In this document: piece by piece, positions 39,377-49,538 of the stretch
Layout: the number at the start of each line of letters is the position of its first letter
Numbering within the stretch: the first letter of the stretch is position 1
Source of the DNA: Clostridia bacterium
Lineage (GTDB): Bacteria > Bacillota > Clostridia > TANB77 > CAG-465
NCBI GenBank assembly: GCA_026415435.1
Contig: JAOAHC010000040.1
Span: 137,456-201,455, forward strand
DNA length: 64,000 bases
Direction: 5' to 3'
The notes under the pieces: model-generated
What the model saw: the letters and a program-made list of their open reading frames with translations, nothing else
Told to the model about the DNA's origin: nothing
Database searches by the model: none
Program-made: the position numbers and the translations under genes

Positions 39377-40405
39377 ATTTTGATCATACTCATCAAAAAT
39401 ATTACCTACTATTTCTTCAATCATATCTTCTATTGTAAGTATTCCAACAAATTCATTATTTCCATTTCTTACAATACCCATGTTTTGTCTTTTATACTGC
39501 ATATCTCTAAAAACACCATCTATCTTTTCAGTTTCACATACAAAATATGGACTTCTTATTAATTCTCTTAAACTAAACTTTTCATTACTCTTTGTATAAA
39601 AATGAATTACATCTTTTACATTTAATATCCCTATAATATTTTCTTTTTCGCCCGAATATATAGGTATTCTGGTAAATTTGTTTTTTCTCATTACTTCAGA
39701 TAGGTCTTTAGAATCAATATCAATACTAATCGAAAAAACCTCTTCTTTAGGTGTCATTATTTGATATATTTCCTTGTCATTAAACTCAAATACATTAAAT
39801 ATTAAATCCATTTCAGCATCTTCTATTATACCCACATCTTTACCATCAGATATAATTAGTTTTATATCTTCCAAATTAAGTCTATTTTCTTTTTTACTAT
39901 TTACTCCTAAAATTTTTGTCATAAAATTAGTAGATTGCATCAATATATATACAAAGGGATACGTTAATTTTTTCAACAAATATATAAAATCTACAACTAA
40001 AAAAGCGACTTTTTCTGGAAATGCCATGGAAATTCTTTTTGGCACTAATTCTCCAAACACAAGCGTAAAGTATGATAATATTATAGTTACTAAAATAACG
40101 ACTATTGATTTTAATATATTTTCTGAAATATCAAAAAAAGAAAGATTCTTAACTATAATATCTGAAAATGATTCAGATGCAAAAGCACTTGCCAAAAACC
40201 CAGCAAATGTTATACCAATCTGAATAGTTGCTAAAAATCCACTTGGACTATCTAACAGCATCTTTAATTTTATTGCTTTTTTATTATTTAGTTTAAGTTC
40301 TTTTCTAAGCTTTGCTTTATTAATTGATAAGAACGCTATTTCTGATGATGCAAAAATAGCGTTTATAAATATAAGTATAAATAGTACAATTACTTGTACT
40401 AGCAT
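39374..40405 (-). CDS. CNNM/TlyC-family membrane protein (DUF21 + tandem CBS), lacking the usual C-terminal CorC_HlyC domain
   Basis: 343 aa. N-terminal DUF21 TM region (IFASSEIAFLS). Ends directly after the second CBS domain. Confidence 0.65.
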   Translation of the reverse strand: MLVQVIVLFILIFINAIFASSEIAFLSINKAKLRKELKLNNKKAIKLKMLLDSPSGFLATIQIGITFAGFLASAFASESFSDIIVKNLSFFDISENILKSIVVILVTIILSYFTLVFGELVPKRISMAFPEKVAFLVVDFIYLLKKLTYPFVYILMQSTNFMTKILGVNSKKENRLNLEDIKLIISDGKDVGIIEDAEMDLIFNVFEFNDKEIYQIMTPKEEVFSISIDIDSKDLSEVMRKNKFTRIPIYSGEKENIIGILNVKDVIHFYTKSNEKFSLRELIRSPYFVCETEKIDGVFRDMQYKRQNMGIVRNGNNEFVGILTIEDMIEEIVGNIFDEYDQN

Positions 40406-40567
40406 AATATCACTCCTAAAACTACATGTATTTATATTATATCATATAATTTAAAATTTATTACTTAAATCACTAACTAACTTACTGTATAATATATTGT
40501 GTATAAAGTTATATATTTTTAACAAAATATATGATAGAATATTCTTATATTTTCAGGAGGTTATTTT

Positions 40568-41467
40568 ATGAAACACATAATATGCATCAATCCTGTTGCT
40601 GGTAAAGGGAAAAACGAAAAATTTGGTATTAGAATACAAAAAATACTGAAAAAATATGGTATAGATTCGGAAATTATAGTTTCAAAATACTCTGGACATA
40701 TAACTGAACTCACAAAAGAATATTCGAAAAAACAAACCTGTAGATTCTACAGTGTAGGTGGAGATGGTACATTAAATGAAATTGTATCTGGTATAATAGG
40801 CAGTGAATCTGATATTGTAATTGTACCTTGTGGAACTGGAAATGACTTTATAAAAAGCACATCAAAATATATGAGTATGAGAAAAATTATACTAAACTCT
40901 ATTGGCAAGACTTCGCAGAAAGTAGACGTACTTAAAATAAATAATTTAAACAAATATTGTATAAATATTCTTAGCTGTGGTTTTGATTCAATGGTAGCAA
41001 AAAATGTGGATAAATTCAGAAAAATACCATTCATATCTGGAAAGGTTAAATATAATTTATCTATAATATATACTTTGTTTTCTAACAGAAATTTTAGATT
41101 TAAAATGAGAGTTAAACATAAAGGTGATACTAAAGTTATAAAGCAAAACTATACACTTGTAGCTGTTTCAAACGGCAAATACTACGGCGGTGGTATTTTT
41201 CCTTGTCCAGATGCCAAGGTATCAGATGGAATTATAAATATATGCTTTATTGATAGTACTACAATATTTAAAAAATTAATTCTACTTCCTTATTATAAAA
41301 AAGGAACTCATACTAAATTAAAACAAGCACATTTTTTAGAAACAGAAAACCTATCAATTGTATCAAGTAAAGAATTTCCTGCAAATGTAGATGGAGAAGT
41401 ATTTTATACTAATAAGTTAAGTATATCCATAATACCGAGTGCAGTTAATATTGTATATATAAATTAA
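40568..41467 (+). CDS. DAGK_cat-family lipid kinase (YegS/BmrU/DagK-like)
   Basis: 299 aa with a VGGDGTLNE catalytic-loop motif. Confidence 0.7.
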   Translation: MKHIICINPVAGKGKNEKFGIRIQKILKKYGIDSEIIVSKYSGHITELTKEYSKKQTCRFYSVGGDGTLNEIVSGIIGSESDIVIVPCGTGNDFIKSTSKYMSMRKIILNSIGKTSQKVDVLKINNLNKYCINILSCGFDSMVAKNVDKFRKIPFISGKVKYNLSIIYTLFSNRNFRFKMRVKHKGDTKVIKQNYTLVAVSNGKYYGGGIFPCPDAKVSDGIINICFIDSTTIFKKLILLPYYKKGTHTKLKQAHFLETENLSIVSSKEFPANVDGEVFYTNKLSISIIPSAVNIVYIN

Positions 41468-41546
41468 CTTAATATATAACACATAATATATATTAAAAAT
41501 AGAATGAAGATACCTATAATAACTTCATTCTATTTTTTTCTGTATA

Positions 41547-44500
41547 TTACATATACATTTTAATCCTTATATAATCCATATAAACTCTTTTGTTAGCTAC
41601 ATAAGCCCATATTCCAAAATTTTGACTACTAGGTAATGTTGTTATATAACCACTAGTAAGTAAACTGCCATTTTTGTATAGCTCATATGCTTTACTTTTA
41701 TATAAAACAAATCTCCATGTATTATCACCAGATACGAAGTTTCCATTTGAATAAAATGTAGTAATTGTACTTCCATTCATAATATTTAGTGTATCCGCAT
41801 AATCTCTGTGATAATTAATGCTAAATAATCCAAAATTTATATCTGATCTATAATTAGTTCCGTAAGATGCAGAATTAAAATGAAATGATACCTCTACTCT
41901 ATCATAAGTATTGTTATATCCCCAAGTCCTATTATATGTACAAGTAAAATTAGAAGTCCCTGCTGTATGTGTCCAGTAAGTACCAGAATATATACTACCC
42001 TTATCAAAATTATTTACAGTCATTTCATCAATAAGTGCTTCAACAACAACCTGTGTAATTGTCGCACCAGATGTTGTAATTGTAGTATAATATCCATTAT
42101 TATCGTAAATATATATATTTGTTGAATATATACCATATTCATTATTATGATCTGATCTGTTTACCCTATAATACCATGTGCCATTTCCTAAATTTTGACC
42201 ACTAGCAATAGGATTTGTTGACCAATTAGATTGTATGTCATCTTGACCATTATTGTTAGTCCATGTTGGAAATTGAACTCTATTAATTCCACTTGCTGAA
42301 TCAGCTATTCCATATACATATACATCATATCCATCTTCAGTTACATTATTTATAATGTAACTTGTATATGTAGGAGCAGTCGTATCTCTATTTACACTTA
42401 CCATACTTGAATTTGGGCCTATATTACCAGCATTATCAATTGCTCTTATCCAGATATTTCTTTGTCCATCCGTATTTATTACCCATGGACTTGTCACATC
42501 TATCCATCCACTTGTTCCATTTAATGAATATTGATATTTTTGTATACCTGACTGACTATCTGTAGTACTAAATGTAAGTGTTACGTTACTTGATGTCCAT
42601 GATCCACTAGTATAGCCATTTAAATTTACTGTAGGAACTCCTGGGGAAGTCCTATCTATGTTAGTTACAGTTAAAGTAGAAGCTTCACTTGTATTCCCTG
42701 ATGAATCTTTTCCTCTTGCATAGACCGTTGTATTATTTGTTGTAACTACTACTGGTGTTGTATAATTACTCCATGTTGTCCCATTCAAACTATATTCTTT
42801 TACCGTTACATCAGATGGATATGTTATTGTAACTGTTACATTTCCACTAGTCCATCCTGTTGGATTTGCTAACATTATTGGATTATCTGGTGCTGTCACA
42901 TCTTTTTCAAATAGATTAGAATGTGTTATTACCTCGTTTCCTGCTTTATCTTTTCCCTTTATCCATAAATATTGTGACATATTTTCATTACTTGTTAGAG
43001 TTGCTCCATTTGTAAATGTTATCCATCCACTTGTAGGCTCAGTTTCACTTGCAGTCCATATATACTGTAATGATGTATTATCTATTCCACTTCCTCCTAC
43101 ATCTGATACTGTTACCTTTGAACTTAATGATTTGTCAAATCCACCGTTTGGTGAAAATGTTATTGTTGGACTTGCATTATCTATTGCAAAGGTTGTACTG
43201 CTCCTTAAATCATTTCTATTTCCAGATGAATCTTCTATCATTCCTTTTTGTATTTCTATTTTAACTCCAGATATATTTCTTGTAACTTCACTTTCTACCG
43301 TTAAATCCACATACCATTTATGAATATTATTTGGATCCATTCTTACTGTTTTTAATATTTCACTATCCGATATTATTATTGAACCAGTTTTAACTAATAT
43401 ATTTTCTAATATATTTTCTTCTGTTATTATTGTATCATTTAATTCATTTGAATTATCTGTAAATGTTAAACTATATGTAACTATATCTCCAGCCTTTGCA
43501 TAAGTTTTACTTGGCTGTGATATTGTTATTCCAGGTTTTGTTGTATCATACATTACTTCTAAGTAATCTGTATTTGAATCTGTGCTTGATGGTCCCTTAC
43601 TGCAATATGCTTTAAATTTTGTTGTTCTAGTCACATTGGTTATGCTGTAATAATATATCCCGGTATTTTCATCTCTAAGCATATTTATATCATTTTTAGC
43701 TACTAATGTCCATGTTGCTGGTTCTGCTGTTCCTGTCCATCTTTTATAATACATATATTCTGATTCTTTTGGGTATGATATTACTACTTTTTCTCCCACT
43801 CTTAATGTTACACCATTATTCTCATATTCAGGAAAGTCTATATCTGTACCATATGGATTATCTGACCCCATTCCTTCTTCTACTATTCTTGATGTTATAT
43901 ATATACTTGGATCAGTTACTCTGTCTGGCATTGCTTCTATATCTTCTTTTATTGTTAGAACCGGTCTAAAACCTACGCCACCAGATCCATACCCTGAATA
44001 ACTCCTATATGAGTACATTCCTATCCTTGCATTTTGAGATGTACCAGGTCTTAATCCTCCTCTTAGTATAAATGGTGCTGAGTTTTGTGGATACACACTA
44101 TAGTCACCATACCAGCTACTATATGAATTTACATTTGTATTTAATATTTTATATAACGATGCTCCACTGGTATTATATACACCTTTATCTGCTAAACTTG
44201 ATAACAACTCATAGTTTTGACTTGATATATTTTGTCTTACAGTCGCATTAGGTAATTTTGCTGAATTATCTTTATCCAATTGTGACGAAGGATATTTATC
44301 AAAGTATTTATCTAATCCACTATATACTCCACCTGTATATTTTATATATCTATGATTATTGTTAACATATGAAGCGACCATTTCTTCTGATCCTCCTGCC
44401 ATATCATAAATTCCATATACATTTTTTGTTGTACTTGCATTTACTCCATATTTTGTATTATCATACGCAAATGTAGTTGTATTTAAAGCTGCACCGTACG

Positions 44501-46229
44501 TTGGTGTTGCTGTCTTTCCTGAATAACCTGTTCTCAAATAGTAATTATTATTTATCCATACTTCTTCGCCATTTCTTCCATATTTACTTTGTGTTAAATA
44601 TTCTATTGCATCCCACTCTCTGTTTTTTATCAAATGAGTATCAATGCTTATTCCGTCCGTTCCAAATCCATATTTACTATCTGTTTTCATATTTATACAA
44701 TAGTTAAAAGCATCTTTTAATGCTATAAGTCTCCAGCTTCCAACTCCTGGTTTTACTTGTATTCTATATTTTGTCTTATTATTTGCATCTTTATATGTAG
44801 CTCTGCTCGCCTCAAACTTCGCTACCCATATACCTTGTAACTGAAGTTTCTCCCCTTCTTTTGGTTCTACTTCAAACGCTGATGCTAAAGTGTATCCTGT
44901 TGGTGCATCTGCACTTCCTTGTATGAATTTTATATCTACTACTCCAGCACTACTACTATGTGTCCCACTTGTTATCTTATATGCAAACCTTGGTATCCAT
45001 ACCCACATACTTCCGTCACTACTTTGCGCATTTGCCCAATACTGTGATTCTGTCTTATATGAGTACCATGATTTATCTAGATTAGTTACTTCTATCCATT
45101 GATTCCCTGTCCACTCTACTGGTTTTAATATTTTTTCTGTGCTGTTTTCACCTTTTGTAAGCAGTGGCTCATTTCCTTCATTTCCACTATCCCATTTAGC
45201 ATTTATATCTATATATGGTTCATCTCCTATTGTTATTATCTCTATTGTTGCCTCTGACTGTCCATATGTATTTATCGCCTTTGCATATATTGTTCCATTC
45301 GTATTTACCACAAATGGTGAACTATACGATGAATATGTTTCTCCATCAAAACTATATTGTACTACATCTGCATTTCTTGTATTTATTGTTACTGTAACAT
45401 TTCCAGAGGGCTTATTCGCTATAGTTTGTTCTGGATTTGTTACTATAGATATATCTGGTTCCTTCTTTATATTTACTATATCTAATTGATCTGTAACTTC
45501 TCCTGCTGCATTTAAAGCTCTTCCATATACTACTCCATTATCATATACCTTGAAACTACCTTGATACAAGCTATATGTTTCTCCATCTAAGCTATACTCT
45601 ACTTTATTCGCATTATTTGCTGTTAACTTTACATTTACTTCTGTTGTAGATCCAGCCTCTTCTTCTTGAGCTGGTGTTGCTTCCATTTGTAGTGTAGGTA
45701 ATACTTCCTCCCTTGCTACTTCTGTTCCTCCGTATACACTATACCATCTTTTATTTCCTATATCTTGTCCTTGCTCATAAAATATTTTACCCGTATCCAT
45801 ATCTTGTATTATACTTGCACTTTTTGTTATATATCCACCCTCAGTTGTAGGCCCACTATTTATATTTAATTCCAAATCAGATAGCTTTACGTAGTATAAT
45901 TTACCTTGTTTGGTATCTATAGTTGTACTTAACACTTGCTCCATATGTGTTATTAGATCAGCTGATAATGTTGATATATCAACTATTCCCGCTTCTCCTT
46001 TATCCGTATCTATAGGATTTATATTATTATCTTGATTGTTTGCATATTTACTTGTTTTATATAAATTTATAGCTTGCTCTATACTATTCATATCATTCAT
46101 AAATCTTGCTTTTGATGCAGATTCTCCTATACCATTTGATGCAGTAAGTATTACAGCTGTAGCTATTATAACTATAACTATTATCGTTATTATTAAAGTT
46201 ATTAGTGATATTCCTCTTATATTTTTCAT
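41547..46229 (-). CDS. Giant multidomain secreted/surface protein: pilin-like N-terminal signal-anchor + CHB_HEX_C-like repeats + FGE-sulfatase-like domain + Ig-like repeats + GBS Bsp-like repeat + C-terminal concanavalin/LamG-like lectin domain
   Basis: 1560 aa. MKNIRG-ISLITLIITIIVIVII N-terminus. Tandem ~75-aa repeats (VEYSLDGETYSLY / VQYSFDGETYSSY). The WANAQSSDGSMWVWIPRFAYKI block and FGE motifs (GIWVAKFEA, THLIKNREWDAIEYLTQSKYG, NVYGIYDMAGG) are shared with the 887-aa protein. FPTWTNNNGQDDIQ...YGIY...IYIYDNNG matches the Bsp-like repeat. C-terminal lectin-like beta-sandwich. Confidence 0.5.
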   Translation of the reverse strand: MKNIRGISLITLIITIIVIVIIATAVILTASNGIGESASKARFMNDMNSIEQAINLYKTSKYANNQDNNINPIDTDKGEAGIVDISTLSADLITHMEQVLSTTIDTKQGKLYYVKLSDLELNINSGPTTEGGYITKSASIIQDMDTGKIFYEQGQDIGNKRWYSVYGGTEVAREEVLPTLQMEATPAQEEEAGSTTEVNVKLTANNANKVEYSLDGETYSLYQGSFKVYDNGVVYGRALNAAGEVTDQLDIVNIKKEPDISIVTNPEQTIANKPSGNVTVTINTRNADVVQYSFDGETYSSYSSPFVVNTNGTIYAKAINTYGQSEATIEIITIGDEPYIDINAKWDSGNEGNEPLLTKGENSTEKILKPVEWTGNQWIEVTNLDKSWYSYKTESQYWANAQSSDGSMWVWIPRFAYKITSGTHSSSAGVVDIKFIQGSADAPTGYTLASAFEVEPKEGEKLQLQGIWVAKFEASRATYKDANNKTKYRIQVKPGVGSWRLIALKDAFNYCINMKTDSKYGFGTDGISIDTHLIKNREWDAIEYLTQSKYGRNGEEVWINNNYYLRTGYSGKTATPTYGAALNTTTFAYDNTKYGVNASTTKNVYGIYDMAGGSEEMVASYVNNNHRYIKYTGGVYSGLDKYFDKYPSSQLDKDNSAKLPNATVRQNISSQNYELLSSLADKGVYNTSGASLYKILNTNVNSYSSWYGDYSVYPQNSAPFILRGGLRPGTSQNARIGMYSYRSYSGYGSGGVGFRPVLTIKEDIEAMPDRVTDPSIYITSRIVEEGMGSDNPYGTDIDFPEYENNGVTLRVGEKVVISYPKESEYMYYKRWTGTAEPATWTLVAKNDINMLRDENTGIYYYSITNVTRTTKFKAYCSKGPSSTDSNTDYLEVMYDTTKPGITISQPSKTYAKAGDIVTYSLTFTDNSNELNDTIITEENILENILVKTGSIIISDSEILKTVRMDPNNIHKWYVDLTVESEVTRNISGVKIEIQKGMIEDSSGNRNDLRSSTTFAIDNASPTITFSPNGGFDKSLSSKVTVSDVGGSGIDNTSLQYIWTASETEPTSGWITFTNGATLTSNENMSQYLWIKGKDKAGNEVITHSNLFEKDVTAPDNPIMLANPTGWTSGNVTVTITYPSDVTVKEYSLNGTTWSNYTTPVVVTTNNTTVYARGKDSSGNTSEASTLTVTNIDRTSPGVPTVNLNGYTSGSWTSSNVTLTFSTTDSQSGIQKYQYSLNGTSGWIDVTSPWVINTDGQRNIWIRAIDNAGNIGPNSSMVSVNRDTTAPTYTSYIINNVTEDGYDVYVYGIADSASGINRVQFPTWTNNNGQDDIQSNWSTNPIASGQNLGNGTWYYRVNRSDHNNEYGIYSTNIYIYDNNGYYTTITTSGATITQVVVEALIDEMTVNNFDKGSIYSGTYWTHTAGTSNFTCTYNRTWGYNNTYDRVEVSFHFNSASYGTNYRSDINFGLFSINYHRDYADTLNIMNGSTITTFYSNGNFVSGDNTWRFVLYKSKAYELYKNGSLLTSGYITTLPSSQNFGIWAYVANKRVYMDYIRIKMYM

Positions 46230-46294
46230 ATTTTATCCCTCTTATACTTGTACAAAACTCTCACAAAATATTTATTTTTGTATTACACATACAT

Positions 46295-46323
46295 ATTCTA
46301 TAGTATATTAAATATATTGTCAA
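46295..46323 (-). promoter_or_regulatory. Strong sigma-A-type promoter for the 1560-aa gene (TTGACA, 17 nt, TAGAAT on the minus strand)
   Basis: Minus-strand -35 at 46318-46323 and -10 at 46295-46300, about 65 nt upstream of the ATG at 46229. Confidence 0.4.
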
Positions 46324-46360
46324 CCCTATTTTATATTTACTTTTCAGTTTATATTAAATG

Positions 46361-46395
46361 AAAAAAGAGAATGAGAATAATAGTATTATTCTCAT
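46361..46395 (-). terminator. Terminator downstream of the 46449..46859 ORF, insulating it from the 1560-aa gene
   Basis: Perfect 11-bp stem atgagaataat / attattctcat with a 3-nt loop, followed by TCTCTTTTTT on the minus strand. Confidence 0.5.
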
Positions 46396-46448
46396 AACTC
46401 TTTACACATTTTTAATAAAGTTTTATATATTAATATTTACATTCTTTT

Positions 46449-46859
46449 TTAATTTCTTACAAAAATCCAAGAATCCTGCTTATGTTTTTCCATAGGCATA
46501 CGAGTTATATTAATTCTTGCTAATTTTTCATTTTCAATACTTTTCCATATAAAATCTAATATAAAAGTACCGAATATTAAAAACTCGATTTTCTCTTTTT
46601 TAGTAATACAAGATACTAAATAAAGTGTACATGAATCCTTTAATATGCCTTCACCTATATGTTCTTTTATTGCATTTTTCCAAATTTCATGTGTTATTAT
46701 TTCAAAAAAGGAATTCTTATTAAAAATAACAATATTAATATTTTTCTTTCTTTCTCCTATTGCAACAAATTCATCAACTTTTTTTCTTGTCTTGCTCCTT
46801 TTCCATAGCATGTCTACTCCCCCTAAAGTCTTATTTTGGAAATTAATATAGTTGTACAC
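46449..46859 (-). CDS. Hypothetical protein (136 aa)
   Basis: Open frame between the CDP-alcohol transferase gene and a terminator. No motif recognised. Confidence 0.35.
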   Translation of the reverse strand: MYNYINFQNKTLGGVDMLWKRSKTRKKVDEFVAIGERKKNINIVIFNKNSFFEIITHEIWKNAIKEHIGEGILKDSCTLYLVSCITKKEKIEFLIFGTFILDFIWKSIENEKLARINITRMPMEKHKQDSWIFVRN

Positions 46860-46914
46860 ATTATATCACATATTTTATATCATGTATAGCTATATACATA
46901 ATATTTTTATCTAT

Positions 46915-47436
46915 CTAACTTATAATTGACTTCTTATTTATCTCTAGAGTTTTAGATGTAATATTTATTAGCAATTCTTCAATTGAAAAAACAAGTGCTA
47001 CTGTGCAAATAGTGTAAATTATTAAATCATGATTTAGTTTATTAATAAAATATGGAAATAAAAATAATATTAATCCTATGATTTTATTACCATATGTATG
47101 TAATATAGCAAATGTTTTGTATTTTTTAAATATAAGAATTATTGATGAACATTTAATTATTAATATAATTCCTATATATACTATATACGTTATTTCTCCT
47201 AATATAATTGGATATATAATTATAGCCATTACAATAAAAAATATAAGATCAGCTATCGTATCTAATTTTGCACCAAATTTGCTTTCAGTTTTTGTCTTTC
47301 TTGCTATATATCCATCTGCTATATCTGTAAGCCCACAAATAGTATAAATTATTAAAAATATTATACTAAATGGTTTTAAAAACAGTAGAATTATGGATAG
47401 TATTATCCTTGACATTGTTATACTATTAGCTAACAT
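46915..47436 (-). CDS. CDP-alcohol phosphatidyltransferase family protein (small, 173 aa)
   Basis: Complete D-G-x2-A-R-x8-G-x3-D-x3-D signature: DGYIARKTKTESKFGAKLDTIAD. Confidence 0.65.
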   Translation of the reverse strand: MLANSITMSRIILSIILLFLKPFSIIFLIIYTICGLTDIADGYIARKTKTESKFGAKLDTIADLIFFIVMAIIIYPIILGEITYIVYIGIILIIKCSSIILIFKKYKTFAILHTYGNKIIGLILFLFPYFINKLNHDLIIYTICTVALVFSIEELLINITSKTLEINKKSIIS

Positions 47437-47506
47437 TTTATCCCCCTATCACATAAATACACTCATATAGAATAATCCTCTATATGAGCGTATAAATATA
47501 TTTAAA

Positions 47507-49018
47507 TTATTCACCTTTTATCGGTTTCATTGTTGGGAAGAAAATTACGTCACGAATAGAGTAACTGTCTGTAAGTAGCATTACTAATCTGTCTATACCT
47601 ATACCCATACCACCTGTTGGAGGCATACCATATTCAAGGGCATTTACAAAATCTTCATCCATCATACTTGCTTCTTCGTTACCATTTTCTCTTTCTTTCA
47701 CTTGATCTATAAATCTTTGTTTTTGATCTATTGGATCATTTAATTCTGAATAAGCACAGCCATACTCTCTTCCTGCTATAACTATATCAAATCTTTCAGT
47801 AAGTCTTGGATCACTTTCTTTTTTCTTTGTAAGTGGAGAAATTTCTATAGGTGCATCACATACAAAAGTAGGATTTACTATTGTGTGTTCAACTTTCTCT
47901 TCATACACTGTATTTAAAGCAACACCCCAAGAAGCATCTTCTGCTATCTCTAAACCAAGTTTTTTAACTTCAGCTACAGCCTCTTTATCAGAAGTTATTT
48001 TATTAAAATCTAATCCTGTAACTTCTTTTACTACATCTAACATAGTTATTCTTCTCCAGTTAGGTGTTAGATCTATTTCTTTCCCTTGATATGAAATTTT
48101 TGTAGTTCCAAGTATCTTTTGAGCTAACCCAGATACCATCTTTTCTGCTAAATCCATCATATCGTTATAGTCTTTATATGCATCATACAACTCGATAGAT
48201 GTAAATTCAGGATTATGTCTTACTGATATTCCTTCATTTCTAAATATTCTACCTATTTCGTATACTTTATTAAATCCACCTACTATAAGTCTTTTTAAGT
48301 GTAATTCAGTAGCAATTCTTAGATACATGTCCATATCAAGTGCATTATGATGAGTTGTAAATGGTTTTGCTGATGCTCCACCTGATATTGTATTTAATAT
48401 AGGTGTTTCAACTTCTAAAAATCCCATAGAATCTAAATAGTTTCTTATTTCCGCTATTATTTTACTTCTTTTTATAAAAGTGTTTTTAACATCCTCATTT
48501 ACTATAAGATCTACGTATCTTTGTCTGTATCTTAAATCAACGTCTTTTAATCCATGCCATTTTTCTGGAAGTGGTCTTAGTGATTTTGATAAAAGTTTAA
48601 TCTCAGTCACTTTTAGAGATATTTCACCCATATGAGTTTTAAACACACTACCACAAACCCAAACTATATCTCCCATATCATATTTTTTGAAATCTTCATA
48701 TGATTCTTTACCAATTTCATCTAATTTAACATATAATTGAATTCTTCCTTGAAGATCTTGAATATCAGCAAAAGAAGCTTTTCCCATTGAACGTTTAGAC
48801 ATAATTCTTCCAGCTATTTTTACATGTTTTTCTTCAGATTCATTAAAGTTATCTTTAATATCTTGTGTGTATTCATTAACTTCACATTTAGTGATGCTAA
48901 ATGGATCTTTACCATTTGCTTGTAAATCTCTTAGTTTTTCTAATCTTACTTCTATAAGTTTATTTGTATCTTGTAATTCTTCATTACTTACATTAATATT
49001 TTCGTTCACTACAAACAC
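47507..49018 (-). CDS. lysS: Lysine--tRNA ligase (class II)
   Basis: 503 aa. Class II motifs [20 protein letters not shown] and [12 protein letters not shown]. Confidence 0.9.
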   Translation of the reverse strand: MFVVNENINVSNEELQDTNKLIEVRLEKLRDLQANGKDPFSITKCEVNEYTQDIKDNFNESEEKHVKIAGRIMSKRSMGKASFADIQDLQGRIQLYVKLDEIGKESYEDFKKYDMGDIVWVCGSVFKTHMGEISLKVTEIKLLSKSLRPLPEKWHGLKDVDLRYRQRYVDLIVNEDVKNTFIKRSKIIAEIRNYLDSMGFLEVETPILNTISGGASAKPFTTHHNALDMDMYLRIATELHLKRLIVGGFNKVYEIGRIFRNEGISVRHNPEFTSIELYDAYKDYNDMMDLAEKMVSGLAQKILGTTKISYQGKEIDLTPNWRRITMLDVVKEVTGLDFNKITSDKEAVAEVKKLGLEIAEDASWGVALNTVYEEKVEHTIVNPTFVCDAPIEISPLTKKKESDPRLTERFDIVIAGREYGCAYSELNDPIDQKQRFIDQVKERENGNEEASMMDEDFVNALEYGMPPTGGMGIGIDRLVMLLTDSYSIRDVIFFPTMKPIKGE

Positions 49019-49029
49019 TTCCTTTATTT

Positions 49030-49524
49030 CTATTGTCTTGTTATATTAAGTATTTTATACTTCATAATTCCGCCTGGAGTTTCAACTTCAACTTCATCAT
49101 TTTTCTTTTTGCCCATAAGAGCTTTTCCAACTGGAGATTCATTTGATATTTTATTTTCAGCAATATCTACTTCAGCAGCTCCTACAATACTGTACTCAAT
49201 ATCTTCATCGTATTCATAATCGTGTACTTTTACAACTACACCAACGCCTACTTTTTTTATTGATACATCATCATCATCTACAACTTTTGCAAGTCTTAAT
49301 GTATTTTCTATTTCCAATATTTTAGATTCAAGCAATGCTTGTTCATTTTTAGCTTCATCATATTCTGAGTTTTCAGAAATATCCCCAAATTCTCTAGCAA
49401 CTTTTATTCTTTCAGCTACTTCCATTTTTTTAGGTCCTTTAAGGTATGCTAACTGTTCTTCTAATTTCTTATATCCGTCCTCTGTTAATACAATTTCTCT
49501 TTCTTCCATGTGAATTCCTCCCAA
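49030..49524 (-). CDS. greA: Transcription elongation factor GreA
   Basis: The likely start is the [20 protein letters not shown] Met at 49509. Coiled-coil plus FKBP-like C-domain. greA-lysS is the canonical Firmicute order. Confidence 0.85.
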   Translation of the reverse strand: MGGIHMEEREIVLTEDGYKKLEEQLAYLKGPKKMEVAERIKVAREFGDISENSEYDEAKNEQALLESKILEIENTLRLAKVVDDDDVSIKKVGVGVVVKVHDYEYDEDIEYSIVGAAEVDIAENKISNESPVGKALMGKKKNDEVEVETPGGIMKYKILNITRQ

Positions 49525-49538
49525 ATTAATAATTAATA

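Noticed and set aside
49019-49029. T-box or lysine riboswitch upstream of lysS.
   Set aside because: lysS starts 11 nt after greA and the two are clearly co-transcribed. There is no leader space.
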